The notes below the pieces were generated by a model. It saw only the letters and a list, made by a program, of their open reading frames with translations. It ran no database searches and was not told the origin of the DNA. DNA of 64,000 nucleotides, taken from Mobula hypostoma. Its lineage: Eukaryota. Shown piece by piece: positions 63,081 through 64,000 of the stretch. Every line of letters starts with the position of its first letter. Positions within the stretch are counted from its first letter, which is position 1. The DNA lies in contig NC_086097.1 in NCBI RefSeq assembly GCF_963921235.1, forward strand, positions 63,118,001-63,182,000, given 5' to 3'. A program made the position numbers and the translations under genes.

Positions 63081-64000
63081 TGTACTGTATAGCTACTGTA
63101 TAATATGGGACTACTTTATGTTGTAGGGACACGTCATTGCGTGCGCTATTAGGCACGTATTGAGCATGTGCTATTAGGCGCGTATTGATCTGTTACGTGT
63201 GTGTTCAGTTCGGTTTCAGTCAGTAAAGAACCCTGGTAACTTAGCTTCCATCTCCAGCGTTTTTATTTATAGCTTTGTTGTGTAACCCGGCCACATACAC
63301 AGCAAATCGGCAACGAGGTTATTGAACCTACATCATATCGGAACGTCATGTTTTAATTGATAACGACACTCGGAAGAAGAGCACAAGGTATATGCCAAGG
63401 CAGAGTGAGGTCGCGAGTCCAAAAGGAAACGGAAGCACAGCCGGGGTCAGGAACGTCGGGAGACAAAGAGACAGTCGGAGCCGCAGCACGTCCAGGCGAG
63501 ACCACAGCCGGAGCTGACCCCCAGGGGCTGAGGGTCTGCCTGCCCCAGAAGGGAGATAAAAAGAACGACACACACATCTAGATGGAGTGCGCTCGTGGCG
63601 CTAGCAAGAAGGACAAGTGAGTCAAAAAGGAAAATAAGGGAAGAATGGGGCTTAATTAACATAACAAAGATGGCGATGATCAGAACCATTACAGCATTTG
63701 ATAGTGGCATTGAAGACTGGGCAACTTACATTGAGAGAGTGGAGTTATATTGTGAGGCTAATGGTGTTAATGATGAAAAGAAAGCCAGCGTCTTACTCAG
63801 TATTATGGGAGCGAAAACATACAGCCTGCTACAGAGCTTGTTAACCCCTGAAAAGCTAGCTGACAAAACGTTCAGGCAAATAGTAGACACCCTCCAACAG
63901 TATTTAAACCCCAAACCACTGGTCGTTGTTGAAAGATTTAAATTCCATATTAAACGGAATCAGAGCAAAAATGAAAGCATTTCTGAATATTGTGCTGAAT
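63081..64000 (+). mobile_element. Gypsy LTR retrotransposon 5' end: LTR (~63081-63304), PBS-like site (~63307-63318), leader and gag
   Basis: TG...CA LTR; tcggcaacgagg resembles the TGGCGACGAGG PBS; gag is homologous to that at 19.2-19.5 kb. Confidence 0.85.
63670..63999 (+). CDS. gag: Gypsy gag N-terminus, open to the window edge (absent from the ORF track because it has no stop)
   Basis: MAMIRTITAFDSGIEDWATYIERVELYCEANGVNDEKKASVLLSIMGAKTYSLLQSLLTPEKLADKTFRQIVDTLQQYLNPKPLVVVERFKFH. Confidence 0.85.
   Translation, partial: MAMIRTITAFDSGIEDWATYIERVELYCEANGVNDEKKASVLLSIMGAKTYSLLQSLLTPEKLADKTFRQIVDTLQQYLNPKPLVVVERFKFHIKRNQSKNESISEYCAE

Noticed and set aside
1..64000. Prokaryotic-type systems (CRISPR array, retron, defence operon)
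   Set aside because: No regularly spaced repeat-spacer array or operon structure; all RTs are eukaryotic non-LTR or PLE types

Overview
This is repeat-dense, AT-rich vertebrate intronic or intergenic DNA. The repeat repertoire suggests a cartilaginous fish, probably a ray; that is an inference from recalled family sequences, not a database result. I recognise no host protein-coding gene. Almost every long ORF in the track comes from a retroelement. The window holds several CR1-clade LINEs (one near-complete ORF2 at about 39.9-43.0 kb), Rex1/Babar-type LINEs, two decayed RTE-clade LINEs and two Gypsy LTR elements. It also holds many Penelope-like element (PLE) fragments, tRNA-derived SINEs and a Tc1-like mini-MITE pair. 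Most notable are: (1) an intact minimal type I hammerhead ribozyme in a PLE terminal repeat at 49131-49166 (-), with decayed sister copies across the window; (2) PLE-derived inserts with inverted termini and 11-14 bp target-site duplications (TSDs); (3) a twin-priming-like 5' inversion in an RTE LINE; (4) a four-level nest of transposable elements (TEs) at 59.5-64 kb that forms an ~820 bp inverted repeat; and (5) a composite element bounded by two palindromic Tc1-like units. I do not see evidence for a wholly new biological system; these are instances or variants of known mobile-element biology. Boundaries of old repeats are approximate (tens of bp).
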